This document shows positions 38,160 through 47,890 of a DNA stretch of 53,642 nt, piece by piece. Within the stretch, counting starts at the first letter, position 1. Each line of letters starts with the position of its first letter. A model generated the notes under the pieces. The model was given only the letters and a program-made list of their open reading frames with translations. It was not told where the DNA came from and did not search any database. The position numbers were made by a program, and so were the translations under genes. The DNA is from a virus. Lineage: Duplodnaviria > Caudoviricetes. The stretch is from IMG/VR virus record IMGVR_UViG_3300025098_000062, positions 1 through 53,642 of that record; one strand, given 5' to 3'.

Positions 38160-38556
38160 GATAGATAGAAGCTTATCATCATATACTAATGGATAAAAAA
38201 CCTACTTTAAAATATAATCGCTTTGATTGCTTTGGATAGCATGGAGTGTATTCTGGATGAATAAAGGTATCTCTTATAGCCAGGTATGACGACTAAGGTA
38301 ATGCAGTTCATCATGGTAGGAGCAAAAACACGACTAGCTAGTTATATATATATGTGATAGTGTGACATAATTACCAAAAAAACTAAGGTATCTTTTTTAG
38401 TGGGGAGTTACATATAGTATATATAATATATATAAGTTACTCTTAGACATCTTAGCCTATAAGTACTATATTTCTTATACTACTACTACCATATTCTTAT
38501 ATATAATATATATATATATATATAATAAGAAGAAGAATCTTTCTGAAAGAAAATTC
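38160..38556. other. Non-coding divergence region: probable genome ends / terminal repeat / origin
   Basis: Longest non-coding stretch, where the two arms diverge; (TA)n tracts and repeated AAGGTA words. Confidence 0.5.
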
Positions 38557-38585
38557 TTGCAATAAATTAAAAACTACGTTATACT
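38557..38585 (+). promoter_or_regulatory. Sigma70 promoter for terL
   Basis: TTGCAA-N17-TATACT, followed by an AGGAG RBS. Confidence 0.7.
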
Positions 38586-38604
38586 GAAATCTTAGGAGTC
38601 CTCT

Positions 38605-40158
38605 ATGCAACAAAATATCCATGATGAAGTAGCTAACAATGCAGTTTTAGACTATATGGAGCTACACCAGCATTTAAGCGAGAAAGTAGAAGCAGAAGCA
38701 AAGATAGATTTTATTACATTTGTACGTTTAATGGCTCCTAAACTCATCTCAGACTGGAAGATGGGAAAGCACATTGAGGTTATCTCAGAAAAACTAAGAC
38801 AATTAGAAAGTGGAGAGATAAAACGTCTCATGGTTTTTCTTCCTCCACGTTCCTCGAAGTCTGTAATCTGTTCTAAACTCTTTCCTGCTTGGTATATTGG
38901 TAGAAATCCAGAGCATGAAATCTTAACTGTGTCCCATAGTGACCAATTATCTAGTGATTTTGGTAGAAGTGTAAGAGATTTAGTAAATGAAGAGGACTTT
39001 TCTAAGATTTTTGGGGGAGTTTCGCTGCGTTCAGACGTAAGAGCTGCAGGAAAATGGAAAACAACGCAAGGTGGTACGTATTATGCAGCAGGTGTGAGGT
39101 CACAAATAGCAGGACGTGGTGCACATATTGCAATATTAGATGATGTGATGTCTGAAGAAGACTCATATTCAGAAGCAGGACGTAAATATGTTAAAGAATG
39201 GTACCCTGCTGGACTAAGAACACGTATTATGCCTAACGGAAGTATTCTTATCATAAATACTAGGTACCATTATGATGATTTGTGTGGGTGGTTGCTTAAA
39301 CAACAAGAAGATATGTCTGAATATTCTGTTATTCCTTGGGATGTAGTACGTATTCCTGCGTGGGTAGATGATGAAGCATCAAAACTATTAGATTTACCTG
39401 TAGGTTCTTCTTATTTTCCTGAATGGAAACCAGATGATGTACTTAAAATAGATGAAGAAGAAATAAGAGCTTCTAATGGTAGTAGATATTGGGAAGCTCT
39501 CTACATGCAGAACCCAACACCAGAAGAAGGTGGTCTAATTAAAAAGAATTGGTTACAATATTGGGAATATGAGGACCCTCCTACTTGTGATTTTATGATT
39601 CAAACATATGATACTGCATTTTCTACTAGTACTACAGCTGATTACAGTGTAATACAAACTTGGGGTATCTTTTCTATGTATGACCAAGATGAATTTGGAG
39701 ATGAAGGTTACCCTGCCAACCTAATCTTACTAGGAAACATACGAGGTAGGTTTGAGTATCCTATGCTAAGACGTATGGCTCAAGAATTATACAGTAAACA
39801 CATGCCAGATATTTGTATTGTAGAAAAAAAAGCATCAGGTCAATCTCTTATTCAAGATATGAGAAGAGCAGGACTACCAGTTAAAGAATATTTACCAGAT
39901 AGAGATAAAGTATCTAGGGTGTATGCAGCTTCACCTATGATTGAATCAGGTAGAGTATGGTTACCTAAAAATAAAAGATGGGCAGATGATTTAGTAACAG
40001 AATTATTACAGTTTCCTAACTCAGCCCATGATGACCAAGTAGATGCTTTAACTATGGCTATTCACTACATGAAAGAGTCATGGCATTTAGAACATCCTGA
40101 AGACCCATACTACGAAGATGAGCCAAGAAAAAAAAGAGTTGCGTACTGGAGAGTATGA
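38605..40158 (+). CDS. terL: Terminase large subunit
   Basis: Walker A-like PPRSSKS, Walker B IAILDD, nuclease motifs YDTA and HDDQVDA. Confidence 0.95.
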   Translation: MQQNIHDEVANNAVLDYMELHQHLSEKVEAEAKIDFITFVRLMAPKLISDWKMGKHIEVISEKLRQLESGEIKRLMVFLPPRSSKSVICSKLFPAWYIGRNPEHEILTVSHSDQLSSDFGRSVRDLVNEEDFSKIFGGVSLRSDVRAAGKWKTTQGGTYYAAGVRSQIAGRGAHIAILDDVMSEEDSYSEAGRKYVKEWYPAGLRTRIMPNGSILIINTRYHYDDLCGWLLKQQEDMSEYSVIPWDVVRIPAWVDDEASKLLDLPVGSSYFPEWKPDDVLKIDEEEIRASNGSRYWEALYMQNPTPEEGGLIKKNWLQYWEYEDPPTCDFMIQTYDTAFSTSTTADYSVIQTWGIFSMYDQDEFGDEGYPANLILLGNIRGRFEYPMLRRMAQELYSKHMPDICIVEKKASGQSLIQDMRRAGLPVKEYLPDRDKVSRVYAASPMIESGRVWLPKNKRWADDLVTELLQFPNSAHDDQVDALTMAIHYMKESWHLEHPEDPYYEDEPRKKRVAYWRV

Positions 40159-40167
40159 TGCTATACT
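40139..40167 (+). promoter_or_regulatory. Sigma70 promoter for the pqqA-portal operon
   Basis: TTGCGT-N17-TATACT with an extended -10 TG. Confidence 0.65.
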
Positions 40168-40191
40168 GTAATTTAACCCAAGGAGTATCTT

Positions 40192-40275
40192 ATGAAAAAT
40201 AAATGGAAAAAGCCAGAAATAAAAGAAATTAGCGTAGGTTTAGAAATTAATTGTTATGCGTGTGCTGAAATCTAA
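40192..40275 (+). CDS. pqqA: PqqA-like PQQ precursor peptide (MKNKWKKPEIKEISVGLEINCYACAEI)
   Basis: W-x-x-P leader and G-x-E-x-x-x-Y core as in alphaproteobacterial PqqA; AGGAG RBS at 40181; TAATG overlap with the portal gene. Confidence 0.85.
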   Translation: MKNKWKKPEIKEISVGLEINCYACAEI

Positions 40276-42779
40276 TGGCAACTGAAAAAAATCCTTTTGA
40301 ACAAATGAGACCTGCAGCTGAAAATATTATTCAGTTAGGAGCTCAACAAGAACAACCACAGACAGGAGACCCAACCTTTGAGTTGGAAGATGATGGTGGT
40401 TTAACAGTTGACTTTTCTTCCACAGAAGAGAATACAGAGATGGGAGCATCAACTGAAATAGGTGAGTGGTATGGCAACTTAGCAGAAAACTTAGACCAAG
40501 ATTTATTAGAAGATATAGGTAATGATGTTTATGATAACTTTGTTGCAGATAAAGATTCTAGGTCTGAGTGGGAGTCTATGTTTGAAAGAGGTTTTGATTT
40601 ATTAGGTTTAAAAATACAAGATACAACAGAACCTTTTGAAGGAGCATGTACTGCAGTGCATCCATTATTAATTGAATCTGCAGTTAAGTTTCAATCAAAA
40701 GCATCACAAGAATTATTTCCATCTAAAGGACCAGTTAAAGCACAGATACTTGGTAAAGTAACTCCTGAAAAAGAAATACAGGCAAATAGAGTTCAAGACT
40801 TTATGAACTATCAAGTAACAGAACAGATGCCTGAATACTTTGATGAGTTTGAAAGAATGCTTTTTCATTTACCTTTATTAGGTTCAGCATTTAAAAAAAT
40901 ATATTATGATGAAACATTAAAGAGACCTGTATCTGAGTTTGTTCCTATAGACCAGTTTTATGTTTCTTACTATGCAAGTAATTTAAGTAAAGCAGAAAGA
41001 TACACACATTTAATTTATCGTAATCCAGTAGATTTAGCAAAAGAAATACGTAATGAAGTATACTTAGATTTAGATTTACCTGACCCACAAAATCCAACAC
41101 AAACTACATTAGCAGAAAAGATGGATACTATACTTGGTTTATCTCCAAGTTCAGACATTGACCCACAATATGTATTATTAGAACAACATTGTTTTTTAGA
41201 TATTAAAGATTCAGAAAGTGAAGAAGGAGAATCTTGTCCTTACATTGTAACAATAGAAGAACAATCTAGAAAAGTTTTAGGTATTAGAAGAAACTGGAAA
41301 CCTACAGATAAAACTAAAACTAAGAATTTACATTTTGTACATTATCGTTTTGTACCAGGATTTAGTTTCTATGGTTTAGGACTAATGCATTTCTTAGGTA
41401 ACATAACCATGACTGCAACTGCAGCTATGAGAAGTTTAGTTGATGCAGGACAATTCGCTAACCTTCCAGGTGGTTTTAAAGCCAAGGGTGTAAGAATGGT
41501 TGGTGACAATGAACCTATAGCTCCAGGAGAGTTTAAAGAAGTAGAAGCACTAGGTACAGATTTATCTAAAGCTATTGTGCCTTTACCTTATAAAGAACCT
41601 TCAGGAACTTTATTTCAAATGCTAGGTTTTATGACTGCAGCAGGACAGAAGTTTGCAGATAGTACAGAACAAGTAATTGCAGATGGTTCTAACTATGGAC
41701 CAGTAGGAACAACAATGGCATTACTAGAAGCTTCAAGTAAGTTTTTTACTGCAATACATAAACGATTACATAAATCACAGAAAGATGAGTTTAGAATCTT
41801 AGCTCAAATAGACCACGACTACTTACCAGAAGAATATCCTTATGATGTTCCTATGGCAGAAAGAAATATTTTTAAAGAAGACTTTAATGGTAAAGTAGAT
41901 ATTATACCTGTTAGTGACCCTAATATTCCTTCTAATGCTCACAGACTTATGTTAGCTCAAATGGCATTACAGATGGCACAACAATCTCCACCAGGAATGT
42001 TTAACTTAGAAGCATTAAATAGAACAATATTAAATGCATCTAATATTCCTAACGTAGATGAAATACTACCACCTAAAGTAGAACCACAAGAGATGGACCC
42101 AGTATCAGATATAATGGCTGCATCTAAAGGAATGCCTATTGCAGCATTTCCAGGACAAGACCATGAGTCACATATTACTATAAAGATGGCATATTTAAAT
42201 GACCCTCAAAATGGTGCCAATCCTATTATGGCAAAGATACAACCTATCTTAGCATCTAATATACAAGAACATTCTGTAATGAAATATCAAGAACAAATTA
42301 ATGGTATGACACAGCAGAAGTTACAAACTAAAGTATCTCCAGAGCAAGCACAGAATCCTGCAGTAGTACAAGGAGCAATGGCAGAAGCTGCTCAAGAAGT
42401 ATTAAATGCAAATATGGCAATGGGTAAAGTAGAATCTCCTGAACAACAAATGGTAGATTTAGAAAAACAAAAAGTATTATTAGAACAAAAGAAATTAGAA
42501 TTAAAAGCTATGCAAGATAATGCTAAAGCAGTACTAGAAGCTCAGAAGTTAGAAATGGAGCAAAGTGAAATAATGTTAAAAGTTGCTGACCAAGCACAAA
42601 CAAAACAATTTAAAGAACAAAAAGCTCAAGCTGATAGATTATCTAAACAACAAATAAAAGCTTTAGACAATTTAATGAATATGTCCATTGAAGAAAAGAA
42701 ACAAGAAACAGAACAAGATAAGATAACAAGTAAAGAAAAGATGAAAGCAGCTGAACTTGCAACTAAGCTTGCTACATAA
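40275..42779 (+). CDS. Portal protein (P22-like, long C-terminal coiled coil)
   Basis: Follows terL; motifs HPLLIES, GSAFKKIY and LVDAGQFANLPGGF. Confidence 0.88.
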   Translation: MATEKNPFEQMRPAAENIIQLGAQQEQPQTGDPTFELEDDGGLTVDFSSTEENTEMGASTEIGEWYGNLAENLDQDLLEDIGNDVYDNFVADKDSRSEWESMFERGFDLLGLKIQDTTEPFEGACTAVHPLLIESAVKFQSKASQELFPSKGPVKAQILGKVTPEKEIQANRVQDFMNYQVTEQMPEYFDEFERMLFHLPLLGSAFKKIYYDETLKRPVSEFVPIDQFYVSYYASNLSKAERYTHLIYRNPVDLAKEIRNEVYLDLDLPDPQNPTQTTLAEKMDTILGLSPSSDIDPQYVLLEQHCFLDIKDSESEEGESCPYIVTIEEQSRKVLGIRRNWKPTDKTKTKNLHFVHYRFVPGFSFYGLGLMHFLGNITMTATAAMRSLVDAGQFANLPGGFKAKGVRMVGDNEPIAPGEFKEVEALGTDLSKAIVPLPYKEPSGTLFQMLGFMTAAGQKFADSTEQVIADGSNYGPVGTTMALLEASSKFFTAIHKRLHKSQKDEFRILAQIDHDYLPEEYPYDVPMAERNIFKEDFNGKVDIIPVSDPNIPSNAHRLMLAQMALQMAQQSPPGMFNLEALNRTILNASNIPNVDEILPPKVEPQEMDPVSDIMAASKGMPIAAFPGQDHESHITIKMAYLNDPQNGANPIMAKIQPILASNIQEHSVMKYQEQINGMTQQKLQTKVSPEQAQNPAVVQGAMAEAAQEVLNANMAMGKVESPEQQMVDLEKQKVLLEQKKLELKAMQDNAKAVLEAQKLEMEQSEIMLKVADQAQTKQFKEQKAQADRLSKQQIKALDNLMNMSIEEKKQETEQDKITSKEKMKAAELATKLAT

Positions 42780-42781
42780 GA

Positions 42782-42973
42782 ATGGACATTTTTGACGAAA
42801 TTATCAAACGATATGCTGATGAGATTCAAAACTTAAAGAATACATTAGCAGATGGTAATGCAGACTCCTATGATAGTTATAAACAAATCGTAGGAACTAT
42901 TAATGGTATAGAATGGGCACGAACCCAGTTTATTGAAACTATAAAAAAACGTAATTATACAGAAGAGGATTAA
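42782..42973 (+). CDS. Hypothetical protein
   Basis: 63 aa between the portal and GroES genes. Confidence 0.6.
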   Translation: MDIFDEIIKRYADEIQNLKNTLADGNADSYDSYKQIVGTINGIEWARTQFIETIKKRNYTEED

Positions 42974-42974
42974 T

Positions 42975-43403
42975 ATGCAACAAGTACACGTAGGAAAAGC
43001 AGTAAAGAATGATGCTTGGATAACAAAGAACGAACAGGAAGACCCAGATATTTTACCTGAATTACCAGGTTATCATGTTTTAGTTAGACCTGTAAGTATA
43101 AAACAAGAGACTAAAGGTGGAATTCTATTGCCAGATTCTACTAGAGAAGATATGGCATACTTAACGACAGTAGGTAAAGTAGTTGCAATAGGTGACTTAG
43201 CTTATGCAGATGAAGAAAAATTTAATAAAGGACCTTGGTGTAAGATAGATGATTATGTATGCTATGGTAAACATACAGGTCAAAAAATAAAATATAAAGG
43301 TATTAAATATATTTTATTATATGATGACCAAATAATTATGAGAGTAGAAAGTCCTAAGACTTTAGACCCAACATTTAATTTATCTGCTGCTAGTTCAAAT
43401 TAA
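42975..43403 (+). CDS. groES: Co-chaperonin GroES (Cpn10)
   Basis: VLVRP, mobile loop ETKGGILLP, GKVVAIG and LLYDDQII. Confidence 0.88.
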   Translation: MQQVHVGKAVKNDAWITKNEQEDPDILPELPGYHVLVRPVSIKQETKGGILLPDSTREDMAYLTTVGKVVAIGDLAYADEEKFNKGPWCKIDDYVCYGKHTGQKIKYKGIKYILLYDDQIIMRVESPKTLDPTFNLSAASSN

Positions 43404-43479
43404 ATTTCTTTAACTAAAAATTATATGATATAATAAATTTAAACGTAAATACGTTTGTCTCGTAAACAACGGAGGTAAC

Positions 43480-44433
43480 ATGACAAAGGAAGAAAACTGG
43501 GAGAAAGTAGAAGCTCCTGTAAAAGAAGAAGAAGAAAAAATAGAAGTAGAAGTAGAAAAAGATGATGCTACTCCTTCTTCAGTAGAACCAAAAGCAGAAG
43601 CACCAGCAGAAAAAGAATTAGAAGGCATTGAAACTAAAGGTGCTCAAAAAAGAATAAGACAATTAATTAAACAAAGAAAAGATAAAGAAGACCAGATAAC
43701 TCAACTTGTACAACAAAACGAACAACTACAAGGTTTAGTTAAACAAAGAGAAACAGAATTTACTTCTGTTAATCAAAAGAATTTAGAAGTAACAGAAAAA
43801 CAATTAACTGATAAATTACAAATGGCTCGTACAGCATACAAGAATGCTTATGAAGCAGGTGACCAAGACAAACTTTTATCAGCTCAAGAGATGCTTAATG
43901 AAGCTCAAGTTGATTTAAAGAATGTTAATGTTACAAAAGAAAGATTTAAAAATGTGCAACAAGCACCAAGACAGCCTGTCGCATCACCACAACAACAGCA
44001 GTATCAACAACCAGCACCAGCAGGAGACCCTAAAGCACAAGACTGGGCAAGAAATAATGAATGGTTTGGTAAAGATAATGTAATGACTGCATCAGCTCTA
44101 GCAATAGATGCTGAACTAAAAGCAGAAGGTTATGAAACTGGTGATGATGAATTTTATCAGGAAGTTGACAAAAGAATTCGAGAAGCATTTCCTACAAAGT
44201 TTCAAGAAGTGCAAGAGAATAATCGGCAGCAGGTTACGTCAAGACCTGCTCAAGTAGTAGCAGGAGCATCACGTTCTACTCCTAATTCCAAGAAAGTTAG
44301 ATTATCTAAGAATGAAGTTAATATAGCTACTAAATGGAATATACCACTTGAAAAGTATGCTCAAGAGAAAATGAAAGCTGAACAAGCTGATGGTGAGTAT
44401 ACAACAATTAATACGCAACGTGGAGGTAAATAA
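43480..44433 (+). CDS. Capsid scaffolding protein
   Basis: Acidic N-terminus, long coiled coil, located upstream of the MCP gene; GGAGG RBS. Confidence 0.7.
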   Translation: MTKEENWEKVEAPVKEEEEKIEVEVEKDDATPSSVEPKAEAPAEKELEGIETKGAQKRIRQLIKQRKDKEDQITQLVQQNEQLQGLVKQRETEFTSVNQKNLEVTEKQLTDKLQMARTAYKNAYEAGDQDKLLSAQEMLNEAQVDLKNVNVTKERFKNVQQAPRQPVASPQQQQYQQPAPAGDPKAQDWARNNEWFGKDNVMTASALAIDAELKAEGYETGDDEFYQEVDKRIREAFPTKFQEVQENNRQQVTSRPAQVVAGASRSTPNSKKVRLSKNEVNIATKWNIPLEKYAQEKMKAEQADGEYTTINTQRGGK

Positions 44434-44927
44434 TGACAACACGAACAAATACACGTAGTTCACAACTTAGAGAAAACAACATTAAACAAGAAACTGAATA
44501 TACATTTGAAGAGCCTAATCAACTTCAAATACCAGAAGCAGTTGAAGAACGCTACGCCAGCGAAGGCATATCTTTAGGATGGTTAAGAATAACTCTTAAA
44601 GGTCAAGAAGATTATGCACATATAGGGCGAAAAATGCAAGAGGGATGGCAGTTTGTTGCTAGTGATGAAGTACCTGAGATGGGAGCAACATCTATCGTGA
44701 GAGATGAAGGTCGATACAAAGGAGCTGTCTGTCGTGGAGACTTGGCGTTAGGTAAAATACCTACTGGACGTATCGAAGCAAGAAAGGCACACTATAAGAA
44801 TAAGGCTGACAAATTAATGGATGCTGTTAATTCTCAACTTATGGGAACTAATCCTTCTAGGATGCCAATCAGTAACTCAAGTAAAACTCAAACAATCAGA
44901 GGACGAACTCCTAAATTTCAAGAGTAA
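44433..44927 (+). CDS. Head-module hypothetical protein
   Basis: TAATG-coupled to the scaffold gene. Confidence 0.6.
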   Translation: MTTRTNTRSSQLRENNIKQETEYTFEEPNQLQIPEAVEERYASEGISLGWLRITLKGQEDYAHIGRKMQEGWQFVASDEVPEMGATSIVRDEGRYKGAVCRGDLALGKIPTGRIEARKAHYKNKADKLMDAVNSQLMGTNPSRMPISNSSKTQTIRGRTPKFQE

Positions 44928-44955
44928 GTTCTCTACATTTTCATAGGAGAAAATC

Positions 44956-45573
44956 ATGGCACATGCTAAAGCATTTCAAGGTTTTGTTCCTGCAAGAAAA
45001 AAGGGTGGAGCTTACAACACTGGTTCTTTCACAGAAATTTTTTCACCTACGTCAGGTGGAGCATGTAATAACAACATATTTTCTGGAGACCCTGTTGTAC
45101 TTCCTGGTGCAAACTTTGCAACCATTTCACCTTTTATCGCAGCGACATTAAAACCTTCAGGAATATTTGCTGGTTGTTCTTATGTCCTAAATGGCGAACA
45201 AAAGTTTAGTCGTTATTGGGGAACAGGGACTTCAGCAGCTGGTTATTCAGATGTTAAATTTTTTATAATAACTGACCCTGACCAAACTTATTACATTCAA
45301 TGTTCATTGTCACTTTCAGCAAATGAATTAATGGTAACTAAAAACTATAATGTTACAGTTAGTTCAACAGCAAGTTCTGGTAGTACAGTAACTGGACAAT
45401 CAAGTTACTACTTAATGGCTTCTTCAGGAGCTGAAACAGAACAAGCAGCAAGAGTAATAGGTAAGAAAAGAGATGGAGAAGAAACTGATGATTCAGATGC
45501 TTATCCAATCGTTGAAGTATTTTTAAACACGCACAGAGACAGATACGTCACTGCTACTGCGTCAACAGCATAA
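44956..45573 (+). CDS. Capsid decoration / minor capsid protein
   Basis: Ser/Thr/Gly-rich, directly before the MCP gene; AGGAG RBS. Confidence 0.55.
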   Translation: MAHAKAFQGFVPARKKGGAYNTGSFTEIFSPTSGGACNNNIFSGDPVVLPGANFATISPFIAATLKPSGIFAGCSYVLNGEQKFSRYWGTGTSAAGYSDVKFFIITDPDQTYYIQCSLSLSANELMVTKNYNVTVSSTASSGSTVTGQSSYYLMASSGAETEQAARVIGKKRDGEETDDSDAYPIVEVFLNTHRDRYVTATASTA

Positions 45574-45585
45574 GGAGAATAAGAC

Positions 45586-46533
45586 ATGGCTATAAATAGA
45601 GCTAGTATTAGTAAAGAACTCCTTCCTGGATTGAACCAAGTATTTGGGACGGAGTATGGTGAGGTAGCTGACGAACATGCACCTCTTTTTGAAATAGAGA
45701 ACTCAGATAGAGCTTTTGAAGAAGAAGTTCTATTTACAGGGTTTGGCACTGCACCTACTAAAGGTGAAGGTGAATCCATTTCTTACGATAACGCACAAGA
45801 AAGTTATACAGCTCGTTACGACAACGAGACTATTGCTTTAGCTTTTGCAGTTACTGAAGAAGCAATGGAAGATAACCTTTATGATACTTTTGCAAAGTTA
45901 AGAGCAAAAGGTTTAGCTAGAGCAATGGCAAACACTAAGCAGGTTAAAGCTGCTAAAATCTACAACAATGGTTTTAGTACAGCAGGTGCTGATGCAATAG
46001 GAGATGGGCAACCATTTTTTAGTGACTCTCATCCAACAATATCTGCAGGTGTTCAAACTAACACTGCAACTGGAGCAGCTTTATCAGAAGCAGCTATTGA
46101 GACTGCAGTAATACAAATTCAGAAACAAGAAGATGATAGAGGTATCTTAATTGGTGCTCAATCAGTATCACTTCATGTTCCTACAGATTTGATATTTACT
46201 GCTAATCAAATATTAGGAAGTGACTATTCAACTGCTATTGGAGTTAATCCAACAACAGCAGCAAATGGTGCTACTAATGTTAATGACATCAATGCTATTA
46301 AGAGTATGGGAATGATGCCAGGTGGTATATTTGTAAACAGAAGGTTTTCAGATATTAACGCATGGTTCATTAAGACTGACATACCTAATGGTACTAAGAT
46401 GTTTAATAGAACTCCTCTACAAACTAAGATGGAACCTGACTTCGATACAGGTAACCTTAGATTTAAAGCCAGAGAAAGATATTCTTTTGGAGTATCTGAC
46501 TGGAGAGGTTGGTTTGGTAACGCAGGTGCGTAA
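45586..46533 (+). CDS. Major capsid protein
   Basis: MAINRASISKELLPGLN, SDRAFEEEV and FKARERYSFG; strong RBS; followed by a terminator. Confidence 0.88.
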   Translation: MAINRASISKELLPGLNQVFGTEYGEVADEHAPLFEIENSDRAFEEEVLFTGFGTAPTKGEGESISYDNAQESYTARYDNETIALAFAVTEEAMEDNLYDTFAKLRAKGLARAMANTKQVKAAKIYNNGFSTAGADAIGDGQPFFSDSHPTISAGVQTNTATGAALSEAAIETAVIQIQKQEDDRGILIGAQSVSLHVPTDLIFTANQILGSDYSTAIGVNPTTAANGATNVNDINAIKSMGMMPGGIFVNRRFSDINAWFIKTDIPNGTKMFNRTPLQTKMEPDFDTGNLRFKARERYSFGVSDWRGWFGNAGA

Positions 46534-46544
46534 GCATTAATAAC

Positions 46545-46581
46545 TTAGGGAGGGTGATGCTCACACATCCTCCCTAACTTT
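46545..46581 (+). terminator. Terminator hairpin after the MCP gene
   Basis: TTAGGGAGGGTG/CATCCTCCCTAA stem, then CTTT. Confidence 0.7.
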
Positions 46582-46592
46582 AAGGATTTAAT

Positions 46593-46862
46593 ATGGCTAA
46601 TAATATTACAAGTAAATTTCTAGCTGGTACTGGTGTTATTGTAACAACAACTAATATTACAAGAGTAGTAGCTATCCATGCATATTCAACTGTTAATGGA
46701 ACATTTGCTATTTCAGATAGTACTGGAGATAAAATAAAATTTCAAGTTCCTACTAGTGGTCAAGCAGATATTTATATAGGTGACCAAGGCGTAAGCTTTA
46801 GTGCTACAGTTAGTGTATCTACACCTGGAGCTAATGGTGGCGTAACACTATTTGTAGGATAA
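46593..46862 (+). CDS. Small structural protein
   Basis: 89 aa, beta-rich, after the MCP gene. Confidence 0.6.
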   Translation: MANNITSKFLAGTGVIVTTTNITRVVAIHAYSTVNGTFAISDSTGDKIKFQVPTSGQADIYIGDQGVSFSATVSVSTPGANGGVTLFVG

Positions 46863-46866
46863 GATA

Positions 46867-47547
46867 ATGCCTAACTATGCATATCTTAAAACAGATATAA
46901 TAAACACAACAGAGAACGATTCAGCTGAGTTTGAGAATCAAATTCCTTTTTTAATTGAAAAAGCTGAAATACGTTTAACAAAAGATTTAGATGATGTAGG
47001 ACTAACTGAGTTTAGTTCTTTTTCTTTTACAGCTTCTAATCCTGTAGTTAGTCTTCCAGCTGACACAAGAATTATAAGAAGTGTAAATTATAAGACAAGT
47101 GTATCTTCTAATATAACAACTCTTCTACAACGACCTTATGAGTATGCTATAGATTACTTTCCTCATGCAAGTGCATCTACAGGTACTCCTAGGTATTATT
47201 CCAGAAAAACACAAACAGCTATTTATGTAGTACCAACTCCTGCTTCTACTTTAACAGGAGAAATATCTTATGTGCGTAGACCAATAGGTTTAGCTAGTGC
47301 AACAGGTGTAAGTGTAACTACATCTAATTACTTTAGTGAGTTTTGTTATGATGCATTATTTTATGCATGCATGATGGAAGCAGCAAGGTTTAATAAAAGT
47401 ACAGAAGATTTACAACTATATCAAGGTGACTATGTAAATGCAGTAGAAGGTTTACGTAATCAAGCAAGAAGGTCAAGACAAGATAATATGGAGACTGCAG
47501 CTAATCCTAGTGGTGGTCCTAATGTTTTAGTTAAAGGGAGTAATTAA
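46867..47547 (+). CDS. Head-tail adaptor-like protein
   Basis: GTPRYY, VVPTP and DALFYA pattern; gene position. Confidence 0.6.
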   Translation: MPNYAYLKTDIINTTENDSAEFENQIPFLIEKAEIRLTKDLDDVGLTEFSSFSFTASNPVVSLPADTRIIRSVNYKTSVSSNITTLLQRPYEYAIDYFPHASASTGTPRYYSRKTQTAIYVVPTPASTLTGEISYVRRPIGLASATGVSVTTSNYFSEFCYDALFYACMMEAARFNKSTEDLQLYQGDYVNAVEGLRNQARRSRQDNMETAANPSGGPNVLVKGSN

Positions 47548-47549
47548 TT

Positions 47550-47783
47550 ATGGCTAAATATAAAAAACCTAAAGTAAAAGAAATAACAGATAAAATTATT
47601 CCAACTGAATCACTAGAAGAATATATGGAAAGAAATAACATAACAGTAGATGAAATGTTTGGAATAAAAGGAGAAGACTATGCTACAGGTGGTATAGTAA
47701 AAGTTAAAAAGAAAAAAAAGAAAATGAAAAAACCTAGAGGTGTAGGAGCAGCATTAAGAGGTTATGGAAAGGCATGTAAATAA
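47550..47783 (+). CDS. Small basic protein with C-terminal GVGAALRGYG tag
   Basis: Lys-rich; YATGG motif. Confidence 0.65.
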   Translation: MAKYKKPKVKEITDKIIPTESLEEYMERNNITVDEMFGIKGEDYATGGIVKVKKKKKKMKKPRGVGAALRGYGKACK

Positions 47784-47890
47784 TGACAATAGGTAGGTCA
47801 AGTATTAGAATGCAATTAACTAAAAGATTACAAAATAAAAAAGTTAAAAAAAAGAAAAAGAAAAAAATATATAAAAGAAAAAAAGTATGA
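47783..47890 (+). CDS. Very basic 35-aa peptide (MTIGRSSIRMQLTKRLQNKKVKKKKKKKIYKRKKV)
   Basis: Not in the track; TAATG and ATGA coupling at its ends. Confidence 0.55.
   Translation: MTIGRSSIRMQLTKRLQNKKVKKKKKKKIYKRKKV

Noticed and set aside
38490-38525. (TA)n tract as a stand-alone functional repeat
   Set aside because: Low-complexity sequence; noted only as part of the putative end/origin region.
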